Positions 44,623 through 56,064 of a stretch of 64,000 bases of DNA are shown in pieces; the first letter of the stretch is position 1; each line of letters starts with the position of its first letter. The notes below the pieces were generated by a model, which was not told the DNA's origin, did not search any database, and saw only the letters and a list, made by a program, of their open reading frames with translations. Source of the DNA: an uncultured delta proteobacterium (GTDB taxonomy: Bacteria > Desulfobacterota > Desulfobacteria > Desulfobacterales > Desulfosalsimonadaceae); contig CAWGYD010000005.1 of NCBI GenBank assembly GCA_963826785.1, positions 335,664 to 399,663 of the forward strand, written 5' to 3'. The position numbers and the translations under genes are program-made.

Positions 44623-46512
44623 ATGATTCAAAAAAAATCAATTGAGAAATGTTTTCAAAAAGTCGACAGCGGCTGGTTCAAAAGACGGCTGTTCGGGCTG
44701 ATGATCCTGGTGTTTCTCGCCTTTATGGTGCTGGGGGTCCGTCTGTTCTACCTTCAGATCGTTCTCGGGGAAGAATATTTCAAATTGTCCGAGAACAATT
44801 GTATCCGCATTCAGCGCGTCAAGCCTTTCAGAGGGCAGATTTTTGATCGCAATGGCGTCCCTCTGGTGGAAAATCGACCCTCATTTGATTTAAATCTGAT
44901 TCCATATGATGCCCGTCCAGTGAATGAAACGATTTCAAAGCTGGCGGGATACATGAATGGTGCAGCCGATGGGGTCATGGATAAAATTGATGGCGAAAAC
45001 TGCGGCGCCGGTTTTACGCCGATCGTGCTCAAGGCGGATATTTCCCGGGAAACGCTCGCCGTCATTTCCGCGCATCAGTTTGATCTTCCGGGCATTGTCA
45101 TTGAAACCAATGCCCGGCGGCATTATTTATTTGAAAGCATGGCCGCCCATTTAATCGGTTATCTGGGGGAAATCAGCCCCCGTGAGTTGAAAATGCCCAA
45201 ATTCAAGGATTACCGGAGCGGAGATGTGATCGGCCGCTTCGGAGTTGAAAAGACTTTCGAATCCTTTCTAAGCGGCGTCTCCGGCGGCCGCATCGTTCAG
45301 GTTAACGCGAGCGGCCAGGTGGTAAAGGTCCTCGATACAGTGGAGGCCCGTCCCGGAAACAACATCTATTTGACCATTGATCATGTGCTTCAGGAAAAGG
45401 CCGAACAACTGCTGACCGATAAAACCGGTGCGGTGGTCGCTCTCGTGCCTTTCACCGGGGAAATCCTCGCCATGGCCAGCAGCCCCGCATTCAACCCCAA
45501 TCATCTGGTTGACGGCATTTCCACGGCGGACTGGAAAAGCCTGATCATCAACCCGGACCGGCCAATGACCAACAAAGCGGTCCAGGGGGTATACCCCCCG
45601 GCATCCACCTACAAGATCGTGACCGCGGTGGCCGGGCTCGAAGAGGGAATCATCGATGAAAATACGGCCATCTATTGCCCCGGACGATATAAATACGGCA
45701 ATCGGTATTATGGGTGCTGGAAAGAACACGGTCACGGCAATTTGACGGTGGTCGATGCCATTGCACAGTCCTGTGATGTTTTTTTCTACCAGGTGGGCAA
45801 GCGGCTCGGGGTGGATCGACTGGCCGATTATGCCAGGCGTTTCGGGCTGGGGGCATCCGTCGGCATCGATCTGGACCTGGAAGCCGAAGGCCTGATTCCC
45901 ACAGCCGACTGGAAGTTGAAACGCTTCGGCATCCCCTGGCAGGGGGGGGAAAATCTATCCATTGCCATCGGGCAGGGTTACAACCTGGTGACACCGCTCC
46001 AGATGGCCGTCTTAACGGCAGCAGTTGCAAATGGCGGGACCGTGTATAAACCCCGTTTGTTCAATTCGATTTCGACAGTTGAAGGACAATGTGTCAGAAA
46101 GGGCGAACCCGAAATCATTCGGCAGCTGGGTATCAGTGAAAAATCCCTGCGACTGGTTCAAAAGGGGATGTTTGAGGTGGTTCACGGCCGTCACGGGACC
46201 GCCCGGACGTATGTCAATGACAAGGAGGTGGATATCAGCGGAAAAACGGGAACCGCCCAAGTCGTCAGCCGGCGCATATCGGACAAGGTCAAGAACCGGG
46301 ATGAGGACCCCCGCAATCTGCCCCATGCCTGGTTTATCGGCTACGCGCCTTCCGATCATCCCGAAATCGCCATTTCCGTGCTGATTGAAAACGGAGAGCA
46401 TGGTTCCAGCAGCGCCGGTCCCATTGCCAAGGAATTAATACTGATCTATCTTAACAAACATGCCGAATGCGACGCGGGGTCGGGAATTGAATCGGTTAAA
46501 GGAGATTTATAA
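44623..46512 (+). CDS. mrdA: Penicillin-binding protein 2
   Basis: [17 protein letters not shown] (SxxK), SCD, KTGT; follows mreD. Confidence 0.94.
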   Translation: MIQKKSIEKCFQKVDSGWFKRRLFGLMILVFLAFMVLGVRLFYLQIVLGEEYFKLSENNCIRIQRVKPFRGQIFDRNGVPLVENRPSFDLNLIPYDARPVNETISKLAGYMNGAADGVMDKIDGENCGAGFTPIVLKADISRETLAVISAHQFDLPGIVIETNARRHYLFESMAAHLIGYLGEISPRELKMPKFKDYRSGDVIGRFGVEKTFESFLSGVSGGRIVQVNASGQVVKVLDTVEARPGNNIYLTIDHVLQEKAEQLLTDKTGAVVALVPFTGEILAMASSPAFNPNHLVDGISTADWKSLIINPDRPMTNKAVQGVYPPASTYKIVTAVAGLEEGIIDENTAIYCPGRYKYGNRYYGCWKEHGHGNLTVVDAIAQSCDVFFYQVGKRLGVDRLADYARRFGLGASVGIDLDLEAEGLIPTADWKLKRFGIPWQGGENLSIAIGQGYNLVTPLQMAVLTAAVANGGTVYKPRLFNSISTVEGQCVRKGEPEIIRQLGISEKSLRLVQKGMFEVVHGRHGTARTYVNDKEVDISGKTGTAQVVSRRISDKVKNRDEDPRNLPHAWFIGYAPSDHPEIAISVLIENGEHGSSSAGPIAKELILIYLNKHAECDAGSGIESVKGDL

Positions 46513-46514
46513 AA

Positions 46515-48230
46515 ATGGCAAGTGATGCGAAAATGACGGATAATCCGCAGGGCGAAAAGGAATCGGCTGTTGTATCCAACTTCATTCGGCATATCATAGA
46601 AGACGATATGCGAACCGGGAAATTTGACGGCCGCGTGGTGACCCGTTTTCCGCCGGAGCCCAATGGTTATCTGCACATCGGTCATGCCAAATCCATCTGC
46701 CTGAATTTCGGACTGGCCCGCGATTACCAGGGCCGCTGCCATCTGCGGTTCGACGACACCAACCCGGGCAAGGAAAACGTCGAATATGTCGATTCCATCC
46801 GGGAGGATGTGCACTGGCTGGGGTTTGACTGGAAAGGGCATGAGTATTTCGCCTCCGACTATTTTGAACGGTTGTACGCCTTTGCCGTTTCCCTGATCAA
46901 AGGGGGGAAGGCGTATGTGGACAGCCAGAGCGCCGAGGAAATCCGGGCCAATCGCGGGACCCTGACCGAACCGGGCAAAAACAGCCCCTTCCGGGAGCGG
47001 TCGGTGGATGAAAACCTGACGCTGTTTGAGCAGATGCGGGCGGGGGAATTTGAGGAAGGCGCATGCGTGCTCAGGGCGAAAATCGATATGACCGCCGCCA
47101 ATATCATCATGCGCGACCCTACCCTCTACCGCATCCGAAAACAGAGCCACCATCGCACGGGAGATCAATGGCCCATCTATCCCATGTATGACTTCGCCCA
47201 TGGCCTGTCCGACTCCATCGAGGGGGTCACCCATTCCATCTGCACCCTCGAATTCGAAAATAACCGGGAACTCTATGACTGGGTGCTCGATGCCCTGGAG
47301 GTCTATCACCCCCAGCAGATCGAGTTTGCCCGCCTCAATCTGACCAACACGGTGCTGAGCAAGCGCAAGCTGATTCAACTGGTGGAAGGGGGTTATGTCT
47401 CCGGATGGGACGACCCGCGCATGCCCACCATTTCGGGGTTGCGGCGGAGAGGATACACCCCGGAATCCATCCGCAGTTTCTGCGAGCGCATCGGTGTAGC
47501 CAAGCGCGACAGCATGGTTGATCTTGGCCTTCTGGAATACAGCATCCGGGAGGACCTGAATAAAAAGGCGCCCCGGTATATGGCGGTGTTAAATCCGCTG
47601 CGGGTGGTAATTACAAATTATCCCGAGGGGCAGGTGGAAGAACTCGCCGCCGTCAACAATCCCGAGGACGCGGCCATGGGGACGCGCAAAATTCCATTTT
47701 CACGGGAACTGTTCATCGAGGCCGATGATTTCATGGAGGATCCGCCCAAAAAATTCTACCGGCTGTCGCCCGGCCGGGAAGTCAGGCTCCGGTACGCTTA
47801 TTTCATCACTTGCACGGAAGTGGTCAAGGATGAAGACGGCAACATCATCGAACTGCGGTGCACCTATGATCCGCAGACAAAAGGCGGCGATGCACCGGAT
47901 GGCCGAAAGGTCAAATCCACGCTGCACTGGGTTTGCGCTTCACATGCCGCTGATGCCCAAGTCCGGCTTTACGAACCGCTGTTCAGCGTCGAAAATCCCG
48001 GGGCTGAAAAGGACTTTACTTCCGTATTGAATCCGGATTCAGTCCAGGTTCTTGACGGATGCCGGCTCGAACCGGCCCTGGGCGGGCTTTCGGAAACAGA
48101 GCCCTGTCAGTTCGAACGCCTCGGATATTTCTGTAAAGATGCCAAAGATTCGACTTCATCCCGACCGGTCTTCAATCGGATCGTCACCCTGAGGGATACC
48201 TGGGCCAAAATCAGAAAAGCACAAGGATGA
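46515..48230 (+). CDS. glnS: Glutamine--tRNA ligase
   Basis: [55 protein letters not shown]. Confidence 0.96.
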   Translation: MASDAKMTDNPQGEKESAVVSNFIRHIIEDDMRTGKFDGRVVTRFPPEPNGYLHIGHAKSICLNFGLARDYQGRCHLRFDDTNPGKENVEYVDSIREDVHWLGFDWKGHEYFASDYFERLYAFAVSLIKGGKAYVDSQSAEEIRANRGTLTEPGKNSPFRERSVDENLTLFEQMRAGEFEEGACVLRAKIDMTAANIIMRDPTLYRIRKQSHHRTGDQWPIYPMYDFAHGLSDSIEGVTHSICTLEFENNRELYDWVLDALEVYHPQQIEFARLNLTNTVLSKRKLIQLVEGGYVSGWDDPRMPTISGLRRRGYTPESIRSFCERIGVAKRDSMVDLGLLEYSIREDLNKKAPRYMAVLNPLRVVITNYPEGQVEELAAVNNPEDAAMGTRKIPFSRELFIEADDFMEDPPKKFYRLSPGREVRLRYAYFITCTEVVKDEDGNIIELRCTYDPQTKGGDAPDGRKVKSTLHWVCASHAADAQVRLYEPLFSVENPGAEKDFTSVLNPDSVQVLDGCRLEPALGGLSETEPCQFERLGYFCKDAKDSTSSRPVFNRIVTLRDTWAKIRKAQG

Positions 48231-48275
48231 TGTCTTTCTGGATAAGGCTGGATAAGACAAAACCAATTTGTGGAC

Positions 48276-48303
48276 TTGACCTTCCGTATCGCCGCCTTAC
48301 TTT
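48276..48303 (+). promoter_or_regulatory. Putative sigma-70 promoter for a small ORF
   Basis: TTGACC-16 nt-TACTTT. Confidence 0.55.
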
Positions 48304-48392
48304 CAGACTAAAGGCAGTTTCGCCTTGTTGAATTAAAAATTTTAACGGTTTGCGGATGATGACCTCCGGACCCTCGGAAAAGGAGGATGAAG

Positions 48393-48506
48393 ATGAGAAC
48401 CGAATGCACACAGATCAGAGAATACCATGAGATTCTGCCCGAATTGCGGGTGGTGCTTGAAAACCTCAGTGATCATTTAATCAGCGACGAATTGTCCTGG
48501 ATCTAG
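48393..48506 (+). CDS. Unannotated small protein, 37 aa (MRTECTQIREYHEILPELRVVLENLSDHLISDELSWI)
   Basis: AAGGAGG RBS 6 nt before ATG; own promoter upstream and strong terminator downstream. Confidence 0.6.
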   Translation: MRTECTQIREYHEILPELRVVLENLSDHLISDELSWI

Positions 48507-48552
48507 AATCTGGCGATTCGGATCGCTTGAAAAAATATTTAGGATCATATAG

Positions 48553-48594
48553 AAAAGGCAAAGATCCCGATTTCGGGTCTTTGCCTTTTTTTTT
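48553..48594 (+). terminator. Intrinsic terminator
   Basis: AAAAGGCAAAGATCCCGA-TT-TCGGGTCTTTGCC followed by T9. Confidence 0.88.
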
Positions 48595-48687
48595 CGAAAT
48601 GATTACATGTTTACCATCACCTCATTCATGTGAAACCCGGGTCTGGTTCCCGCCCCTTCAACTGTTTTAGGACAAGGAGTGTGATTC

Positions 48688-50082
48688 ATGCTGAATTTTC
48701 AATTAACGCCGGAACAGCAGAACATACGAGAAAAGGCCCGCGAATTTGCCCGCAGGCATGTTCTGCCGGTGGCTTCCTATTACGACCAGGTCGATAAAAC
48801 TCCTGTACCCGTACTGAAAAAAGCGTTTGAAGCTGGAATCATTAATGGCGATATTCCAGAAGCATACGGCGGAAAAGGATACGGAGTCCTGGAGGGCGTA
48901 CTGGTCACGGAGGAAATCGCTGCGGCCTGTCCGGGGATCGCCACATCCATTTTTGACAATTCACTGGGCATGGAACCCCTGATTCTGTGTGACAACGAAA
49001 CCGCCAAGCGGAAATATCTTCCCTCCATCATCAAGGATTTCAAGCTGATCAGCTTTGCCACGTCCGAACCGACCATGGGGTCGGACGTCTCCGGCATCCG
49101 ATGTCTGGCAAAGGAAGACGGGGACGACTACATTCTAAACGGAACCAAATACTGGGTAACCAACGGCGGGCTTGCCGATTATTTTTCCATATTTGCCACC
49201 GTGGATCCCAAATCCGCCCACCAGGGAATCTGTGCGTTTCTGGTGGAGCGCGACGCTAAAGGCGTGCGGGTGGGAAAGGCGATCCCCAAGCTGGGGCAGC
49301 GCTCTTCCAATACGGTAGGGATCTATTTCGACAATGTCCGGATACCGAAAGAAAATGTGCTGGCAAAGCCCGGCGATGGGTTTCTCCTGGCCATGCGGAC
49401 ATTTTCGCGGACACGTCCGGCCATCGGTGCATTTGCTGTCGGCGCCGCCCGGTCCGCCATGGAGTTTGCCATCGAGTATGCTAAGAAGCGGCGGGCATTT
49501 GGAACTCAAATTGCCAATTTTCAAGCCATCCAGTTCAAGATCGCGGAAATGTACCAGAAGGTGGAAACATCCCGGCTTCTCACCTGGAAAGCGGCCTGGG
49601 AAGCCGATAAGGGGATGGACCCTACGATTTCCGCATCCATCGCCAAGTTTTATTCGACGGAGGCCGCCTTTCAGGTGGCGGATGAGGCGCTGCAAACCTT
49701 CGGCGGGTATGGATATACCCGTATGTACCCCATTGAAAAACTGTTCAGAGACACCCGGCTTTTCCGCATCTATGAGGGGACCAGCGAGGTTCAGCGCATG
49801 ATTGTCGCCGGATACGCAATGAATACCTATCAACCGGTGATGCCGCCGATGGAGGAAATCTTTATCCACCGGGACAGGAATCCGGATGAAATCAACCAGC
49901 CGGGCAAACCGGAAACCACCGCCTGGCGATGCCGGATGTGCGGCTATATTCATTACGGCGATGAGCCACCGGAACTCTGCCCCTACTGTTTTTTCCCCCG
50001 CAGCGCGTTTAAAAGCAGCCGGACGGAAGAAAAATCCGATGCCCAGAACACCTCTCCCCGCCAGGATCCGCCATCCGGCTGA
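48688..50082 (+). CDS. Acyl-CoA dehydrogenase with C-terminal rubredoxin-like domain
   Basis: SEPTMGSD, LNGTKYWVTNG, FQAIQFKIAEM, GGYGY, RIYEGTSEVQ; tail WRCRMCGYIH...CPYC. Confidence 0.92.
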   Translation: MLNFQLTPEQQNIREKAREFARRHVLPVASYYDQVDKTPVPVLKKAFEAGIINGDIPEAYGGKGYGVLEGVLVTEEIAAACPGIATSIFDNSLGMEPLILCDNETAKRKYLPSIIKDFKLISFATSEPTMGSDVSGIRCLAKEDGDDYILNGTKYWVTNGGLADYFSIFATVDPKSAHQGICAFLVERDAKGVRVGKAIPKLGQRSSNTVGIYFDNVRIPKENVLAKPGDGFLLAMRTFSRTRPAIGAFAVGAARSAMEFAIEYAKKRRAFGTQIANFQAIQFKIAEMYQKVETSRLLTWKAAWEADKGMDPTISASIAKFYSTEAAFQVADEALQTFGGYGYTRMYPIEKLFRDTRLFRIYEGTSEVQRMIVAGYAMNTYQPVMPPMEEIFIHRDRNPDEINQPGKPETTAWRCRMCGYIHYGDEPPELCPYCFFPRSAFKSSRTEEKSDAQNTSPRQDPPSG

Positions 50083-50196
50083 TCGGGAAAAAAATTACGC
50101 ATGCTCTGTCATTTCATTTGCCAGAGCATGCGTAATCCATGCAAAAGATAGAAAAAAATAACCCCGATGGCCGGCTGCAAGATAAGTTTTTACATA

Positions 50197-51303
50197 CTAC
50201 AGGCGGATCAACTCGTAATTTCGGCTTCCCAGCCCGATTTTTTCCGCATAATCCAGCTGAAGGGCCCAGTCCACCGTCGGGTAGATCCCCCGGAACTTGT
50301 CGTCCCCCGATCCGGTATGATCGGTCAGACAGGCATCGGCCAATACCGGCTCCCGGTTGACCAGGTCCACCGATGCCTGATCGATGGCCACGGGATCAAG
50401 GGAGGCGACCACGCCGATGTCCCTGACGATGGGGGCATCATTGTAAGGGACGCAATCGCAGGCAGGTGAAACATGGTTGATGAAGTTGATGAAAAAGGCT
50501 TTTCCGGCCTTGTTTTTCAGCACGCCCATGGCATATTCCATCATGCTTTCCATGAATATCGGGATCGACTGGTTCCACTGAATCTGCACCGCCCCTCTTT
50601 CGCATACCAGTATGCATTCCCCGCAGCCGATGCAGGTTTCCACGTTGACGCTGGCTTTTTTCTCCGCAAGGGACAAGGCATGCTGAGAACAATGAAGCAC
50701 GCATTCACCGCATCCGACACATTTTTTCCGGTTGACTTTAGGGGCGACGTCTGAATGCTGCTCCAGTTTGCCCCGGCGCGAGGCGCATCCCATGCCGACG
50801 TTTTTCAGCGCGCCGCCGAAGCCGGAAAGTTCATGGCCTTTAAAATGGGCGACTGAAATCAGCGCGTCGGCTTCAACGATTTCTTTTCCAATGTAGACTT
50901 TTTCGAAATGCTTCTGGTGGATTTCAACTGCTGTCTCGGAGCGTCCGCGCATACCGTCGGCAATGATCAGGGGGGCATTGACCACTGGATAGGCAAAGCC
51001 GTTTCGGATGGCGGTGGCCAGATGATGGGGGGCATCTCCGCGGGTTCCGGCATACAGTGTGTTGGCATCGGTGAGAAACGGTACAGCACCGGTGGCGCCC
51101 ACCGATTCCACGATTTGCCGGAGAAATACCGGACGGATATAGGCGGTGTTGCCCATTTCTCCGAAATGGAGCTTGATGGCGGCAAGATCCCTTTTTTTCA
51201 ATACACTTGGCAGCCCGGTCGTATCCATGAGACGGTTCAGTTTCGAAAGGAAATTTTCTTTATAGGTGGCTCTGAAATCGATGAAATAAACTCTGCTTGA
51301 CAT
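50197..51303 (-). CDS. DUF362 protein with 2x[4Fe-4S] ferredoxin domain
   Basis: KLHFGE, DANTLYAG, HFKGHE, GGALKNVGMG, CVGCGECVLHC, CIGCGECILVC, DPVAIDQAS. Confidence 0.88.
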   Translation of the reverse strand: MSSRVYFIDFRATYKENFLSKLNRLMDTTGLPSVLKKRDLAAIKLHFGEMGNTAYIRPVFLRQIVESVGATGAVPFLTDANTLYAGTRGDAPHHLATAIRNGFAYPVVNAPLIIADGMRGRSETAVEIHQKHFEKVYIGKEIVEADALISVAHFKGHELSGFGGALKNVGMGCASRRGKLEQHSDVAPKVNRKKCVGCGECVLHCSQHALSLAEKKASVNVETCIGCGECILVCERGAVQIQWNQSIPIFMESMMEYAMGVLKNKAGKAFFINFINHVSPACDCVPYNDAPIVRDIGVVASLDPVAIDQASVDLVNREPVLADACLTDHTGSGDDKFRGIYPTVDWALQLDYAEKIGLGSRNYELIRL

Positions 51304-51600
51304 TTCTGCCTCCGATTTTTTATGAGTGTAAGTTCTATGCGGGTTGCGGCCTTATTCAGGCGTTGCCGCAATGCTTCCCGGGTTGATGTGTTTTTCCGCA
51401 GGTTACCTTTGATTTGTAAGATTTGTACCAGATCAACCCTGGAGAAAAGAATCCGGGTCGCCCTATATTTTTAGGGACAGGATTATCACAGGTGGGCGGT
51501 CTGTCAAAGCAGAAACGATTGACCGGGATTGCAGATATGAATAAGACGGGCCGCCGGTTCGCGTGCCTGAATCGAATGCTTCCAACTGGCAGGATAACGC

Positions 51601-52704
51601 ATGTTCGACAGACGGCTGGTGCAGAATTTTGACTGGGGACTGCTGGGCATCACGCTCTTGCTTTCCGCCGTCGGTATTCTAGTTTTGAACAGTGCGGTCA
51701 CCGCGGCCGGCTGCGATCCGAACTCCGCTTTGTTTTACAAGCAGATCATCTGGTTCGGGGCGGGCCTGCTGATGATGATGGTCGCGGTGCTGTTTCATTA
51801 TCGGCATCTGGAAAAATGGGGTCCGTTGATCTATTTCCTTTGCATGCTGACCCTCATCTGCGTTCATGTTTTCGGTAAACATGCAGGCGGGTCCACCCGG
51901 TGGCTGGCCATCGGTCCGTTTACCCTCCAGCCTTCAGAGCCGATCAAGATCGGTGTGATCATTATCCTGTCGCGGTTCTTTGCCCGCAATGTCCGACTGA
52001 CCGGATTAAATTTCAGGCACCTTGCCATCCCCATGATGCTGACCGCCGTTCCTTTTCTGCTTGTGGCCACCCAGCCGGATCTGGGAACTGCCGGCACCAT
52101 TGCACTCATTGCCGGGTCCATGACCCTGTTTGCGAAGATCGAAAAAAAGACCCTGCTGATTTCCCTGGTCGTCATCATCATCGCAATTCCGGTGGGATGG
52201 AAAATGCTTCAACCTTACCAGCAAAATCGGGTTTTGACCCTTCTGTCACCGGACCGTGATCCGCTGGGCGCCGGATATCATATCCGCCAGAGCAAAATCG
52301 CAGTGGGTTCGGGGATGGTGTTCGGGAAAGGGTATATGCAGGGAACACAGAAGATGCTCTCTTTTTTGCCGGAGCAGCATACCGATTTCATTTTTTCGGT
52401 GATGGCTGAGGAATGGGGGTTTTCGGGATCCATCGGGCTTCTATTCTTGTATTTAATGCTCATCGCGTTTGGCTTGAATGTCGCCCACTCCTGCCGGGAT
52501 TCATTCGGGACCTTTCTGGCGGTGGGGATTACGGCCATGATTTTCTGGCAGACCTTTATCAATATTGCCATGGTGATGGGATTGATGCCGGTTGTGGGCA
52601 TGCCCCTGCCGTTGATCAGTTATGGCGGCTCTTCCGTCATTACCGTCCTGATCGGCATCGGGATTCTGCTCAATATCAGCATGCGACGGTTCATGAAAGA
52701 ATAG
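51601..52704 (+). CDS. rodA: Rod shape-determining protein RodA (SEDS)
   Basis: GSTRW, QPSEPIK, QPDLGT, DPLGAGYH, FLPEQHTDFIF, PLISYGGSS. Confidence 0.95.
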   Translation: MFDRRLVQNFDWGLLGITLLLSAVGILVLNSAVTAAGCDPNSALFYKQIIWFGAGLLMMMVAVLFHYRHLEKWGPLIYFLCMLTLICVHVFGKHAGGSTRWLAIGPFTLQPSEPIKIGVIIILSRFFARNVRLTGLNFRHLAIPMMLTAVPFLLVATQPDLGTAGTIALIAGSMTLFAKIEKKTLLISLVVIIIAIPVGWKMLQPYQQNRVLTLLSPDRDPLGAGYHIRQSKIAVGSGMVFGKGYMQGTQKMLSFLPEQHTDFIFSVMAEEWGFSGSIGLLFLYLMLIAFGLNVAHSCRDSFGTFLAVGITAMIFWQTFINIAMVMGLMPVVGMPLPLISYGGSSVITVLIGIGILLNISMRRFMKE

Positions 52705-52911
52705 GTCAAGATGCCTGTTTTTCTACCAATTGAATTTCGATCCGGCGTGCAAAATTCACAGAGGGGATCAAAGTCGTAAAATTTTAGAAAAACAATTCAA
52801 AAAAGTTTGACAAGTAATAGGGGTTGATGGTAAGCCTTTTTGCTTAAATTAAAAGAATATGAATACAATTTAAGTTGATAGCGATGTTTAAACCTTCCGG
52901 AGGGTGTGCGT

Positions 52912-53340
52912 ATGGTAAGTATTGATCCTGTTGCATTGGTGATCCAGATTGTCAATTTTCTGGTGCTGATCTGGGCATTGAATCAAGTGCTCTACAAACC
53001 GATCAGGCAGATTATTGCCCAGAGGAATGAGAAAGTAAACGGACTCGAAAAAAACATCAGCCGATTCGAGCAGGACGCCCTGGATAAAGACCAGGCATTG
53101 AAGGCCGGCATCAAGGAGGCGCGGGAAAAGGGCCTGAAGGAAAAAGAGGCCTACGAAGGCCAGGCCCGGCAGGAAGAAATGAAGCTGATCGAACAGATCA
53201 ATGAAAAGGCCCGTGCGGATCTGACCCAGATCCGGGAGAAAATCACCCAGGAGGCCCAGGACGCTCGAAAATCGCTGCAGCAGCAGATTGAATCCTTTGC
53301 TGATGAGATCAGCCGAAAAATTTTGGGGAGGGCGGTGTAA
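52912..53340 (+). CDS. atpF: ATP synthase F0 subunit b'
   Basis: IQIVNFLVLIWALNQVLYKPI then coiled coil; first gene of the atp operon. Confidence 0.88.
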   Translation: MVSIDPVALVIQIVNFLVLIWALNQVLYKPIRQIIAQRNEKVNGLEKNISRFEQDALDKDQALKAGIKEAREKGLKEKEAYEGQARQEEMKLIEQINEKARADLTQIREKITQEAQDARKSLQQQIESFADEISRKILGRAV

Positions 53341-53939
53341 TGACGCTATCTCGGATCATCCGATATTCACGAATTGCCTTGATACCCATGATATTGCTGG
53401 CCGCTCAGACCGTTCTGGCCTCGTCCGGCGGCACAACCCATGGCGAAGCCGCTGGCAGCGGGGGATGGGCTGTTACCGATACCTACCGGGTCATGAATTT
53501 TGCGGTTCTGGCCATCGCTCTGTTTTTTATTCTGCGGAAGCCTGTCGCACAGTTTTTGGGAAACCGCATCAAATCCATCCAGGAGCAGATGGAAGAACTC
53601 GAACTCAAGAAAGCCGAAGCCGAAAAGCTCATGGCGGAGTATAATGAGAAACTATCTTCTCTGAGCGCCGAGGCGGAGAAAATCATCGCCCAGTATCGCA
53701 AGCAGGGGGAGGAAGCCAAGAAGAAAATTCTGGCGGAAGCCCAGAATGCCGCTGTTAAGCTCGAAGAGCAGGCCCGCCGGACCATTGATCATGAGTTCAA
53801 AGAGGCAAAACGCCAGCTGGAGGAGGAAATCCTGGAGCAGGCCATTGCCAAGGCGGAAGCCAGACTCAAGCAGAACATTACGGACCAGGACCAGGAAATG
53901 CTCGTGGGTGAATACTTAAATAAGGTGGTGATAAAGTGA
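53340..53939 (+). CDS. atpF: ATP synthase F0 subunit b
   Basis: RVMNFAVLAIALFFILRKPV then coiled coil. Confidence 0.9.
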   Translation: MTLSRIIRYSRIALIPMILLAAQTVLASSGGTTHGEAAGSGGWAVTDTYRVMNFAVLAIALFFILRKPVAQFLGNRIKSIQEQMEELELKKAEAEKLMAEYNEKLSSLSAEAEKIIAQYRKQGEEAKKKILAEAQNAAVKLEEQARRTIDHEFKEAKRQLEEEILEQAIAKAEARLKQNITDQDQEMLVGEYLNKVVIK

Positions 53940-54487
53940 GAAGTTCAGCAATTGCCAGGCGATATGCAAAAGCGTTGATCCTCATCGGAAAAGACGATTC
54001 AAATGCCGAGCAGTACCGGCAGGAACTCGAAGACATTGTCTCTTTGATGCAAAATCAACCCATGCTGGCGCAAACCGTCACAAACCCGTTGCATAATATC
54101 AAGAACCGGCGCATGGTGCTGCAATCTGTTCTGAAGAAGCTTCAGCTCTCCAAGGTGATGAACTCTTTTATTCTGCTGCTTTTTGATAAGGGGCGCATCA
54201 ATTCCCTGGAACAGATCACCGATTATTACGTTCGACTTGCAGATGAGTTGAAGGGCGTTGTCAGAGCGAACCTGACCACTGCAACGGAACTTTCATCGGA
54301 GAGTTTTGAACGTATCCGCAGTGCATTGTCCGAGATGACCCGGAAGGAAGTTTTTCTCGAAGCGCAAACCGATGCCGCGCTCATCGGCGGAGTGGTGACC
54401 AAAATAGGAGATCTTGTGTTGGATGGGAGTATCCGGACACAATTGCAAAATATGCGAGAATCATTAAAAAGGGGTGAGAGAATCTAA
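53936..54487 (+). CDS. atpH: ATP synthase subunit delta
   Basis: [24 protein letters not shown]. Confidence 0.95.
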   Translation: MRSSAIARRYAKALILIGKDDSNAEQYRQELEDIVSLMQNQPMLAQTVTNPLHNIKNRRMVLQSVLKKLQLSKVMNSFILLLFDKGRINSLEQITDYYVRLADELKGVVRANLTTATELSSESFERIRSALSEMTRKEVFLEAQTDAALIGGVVTKIGDLVLDGSIRTQLQNMRESLKRGERI

Positions 54488-56004
54488 TGGAAATAAGAGC
54501 CGAAGAAATCAGTCAGATTATTAAGGATCAAATTCAGGATTTTGACAAGAAAGTCGAGCTGAGCGAAACAGGCATCGTCCTGTCGGTGGGCGACGGAATT
54601 GCGCGCGTCTATGGTCTGGAAAAGGTCCAGGCACTGGAACTCGTCGAATTCCCCCATCAGATTCTCGGCCTGGCGATGAACCTCGAGGAAGATAATGTGG
54701 GTATCGCCGTCATGGGCGAGGTCCGGTATATCAAGGAGGGCGATATCGTCAAACGGACCGGACGGATCGCGGAAGTGCCGGTGGGCGAGGCCGTTCTGGG
54801 GCGCGTTCTGAACGCCATGGGGGAACCCATTGACGGAAAAGGGCCGGTGGATGCCAAAGAAACCCGCCGGATCGAAATGGTCGCGCCCGGCGTTATCGCC
54901 CGGAAAAGCGTGCATGAACCCTGCTATACCGGTTTGAAGGCGGTCGACGCCATGACGCCGGTGGGCCGCGGCCAGCGCGAACTGATCATCGGCGACCGTC
55001 AGATCGGCAAAACAGCCGTCGCGGTTGATGCCATCCTGGCCCAGAAGAACACCGATATTTACTGCATTTATGTTGCCTGCGGTCAGAAAAAATCCACGGT
55101 GGCCCAGGTGGTTTCAGTCCTGGAAAAGCACGGCGCCATGGAATACACCACCGTTATTTCCGCCACCGCGTCTGATCCCGCCACCCTGCAGTTCATCGCG
55201 CCTTATGCCGGATGCTCCATGGGTGAATATTTTCGCGACAACGGAAAACACGCGCTGATCATTTATGACGATCTTTCCAAGCAGGCCACCGCTTATCGCC
55301 AGGTTTCCCTGCTGATGCGCCGTCCCCCCGGTCGTGAAGCCTACCCCGGGGATATTTTTTACAACCATTCGCGTCTTCTGGAGCGGGCCGCCAAACTCAA
55401 TGATGAACTGGGCGCCGGGTCCCTTACGGCATTGCCCATCATTGAAACCCAGGCCGGCGACGTCTCCGCCTTTATTCCCACCAACGTGATCTCGATTACA
55501 GACGGGCAGATATACCTCGAACCGAGCCTGTTCTTCGCCGGTGTACGTCCGGCCATCAACGTCGGACTTTCGGTATCCCGGGTCGGCGGCGCCGCCCAGG
55601 AAAAAGCAATGAAGCAGGTGGCCGGAACCCTTCGGCTGGATCTGGCCCAGTATCGTGAATTGGAGTCCTTTGCCGCCTTCGGTTCCGATCTTGATGCCGC
55701 CACCCAGAAGCAGCTCCTCCGGGGCGAAAGACTGGTCGAAATCTTGAAGCAGCCCCAGTATCAGCCGCTGTCCCTGGAAAAGCAGGTCGCCATCCTCTAT
55801 GCCGGTGCCAAGGGATTTCTTGATCAGCTCCCCACCAGCGTTTTGGCCAAATACGAGGCCGGCCTCTACCAGTTCATCGAAAGCCGGTATCCTCAGCTTT
55901 TTTCGGGCATCGCCAAAGAGAAGAAAATCACCGATGAACTGGATCAGCTACTGCAAAAAGCGCTCAAGGAATACGGTGAAGAATTCAAGGACACCATCAA
56001 GTAG
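54487..56004 (+). CDS. atpA: ATP synthase subunit alpha
   Basis: [35 protein letters not shown]. Confidence 0.98.
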   Translation: MEIRAEEISQIIKDQIQDFDKKVELSETGIVLSVGDGIARVYGLEKVQALELVEFPHQILGLAMNLEEDNVGIAVMGEVRYIKEGDIVKRTGRIAEVPVGEAVLGRVLNAMGEPIDGKGPVDAKETRRIEMVAPGVIARKSVHEPCYTGLKAVDAMTPVGRGQRELIIGDRQIGKTAVAVDAILAQKNTDIYCIYVACGQKKSTVAQVVSVLEKHGAMEYTTVISATASDPATLQFIAPYAGCSMGEYFRDNGKHALIIYDDLSKQATAYRQVSLLMRRPPGREAYPGDIFYNHSRLLERAAKLNDELGAGSLTALPIIETQAGDVSAFIPTNVISITDGQIYLEPSLFFAGVRPAINVGLSVSRVGGAAQEKAMKQVAGTLRLDLAQYRELESFAAFGSDLDAATQKQLLRGERLVEILKQPQYQPLSLEKQVAILYAGAKGFLDQLPTSVLAKYEAGLYQFIESRYPQLFSGIAKEKKITDELDQLLQKALKEYGEEFKDTIK

Positions 56005-56064
56005 CATATATGGTTTCTGATCTGTCCCATTGATCAAACATTCACCCTGAAGAGGCAGTAGATA

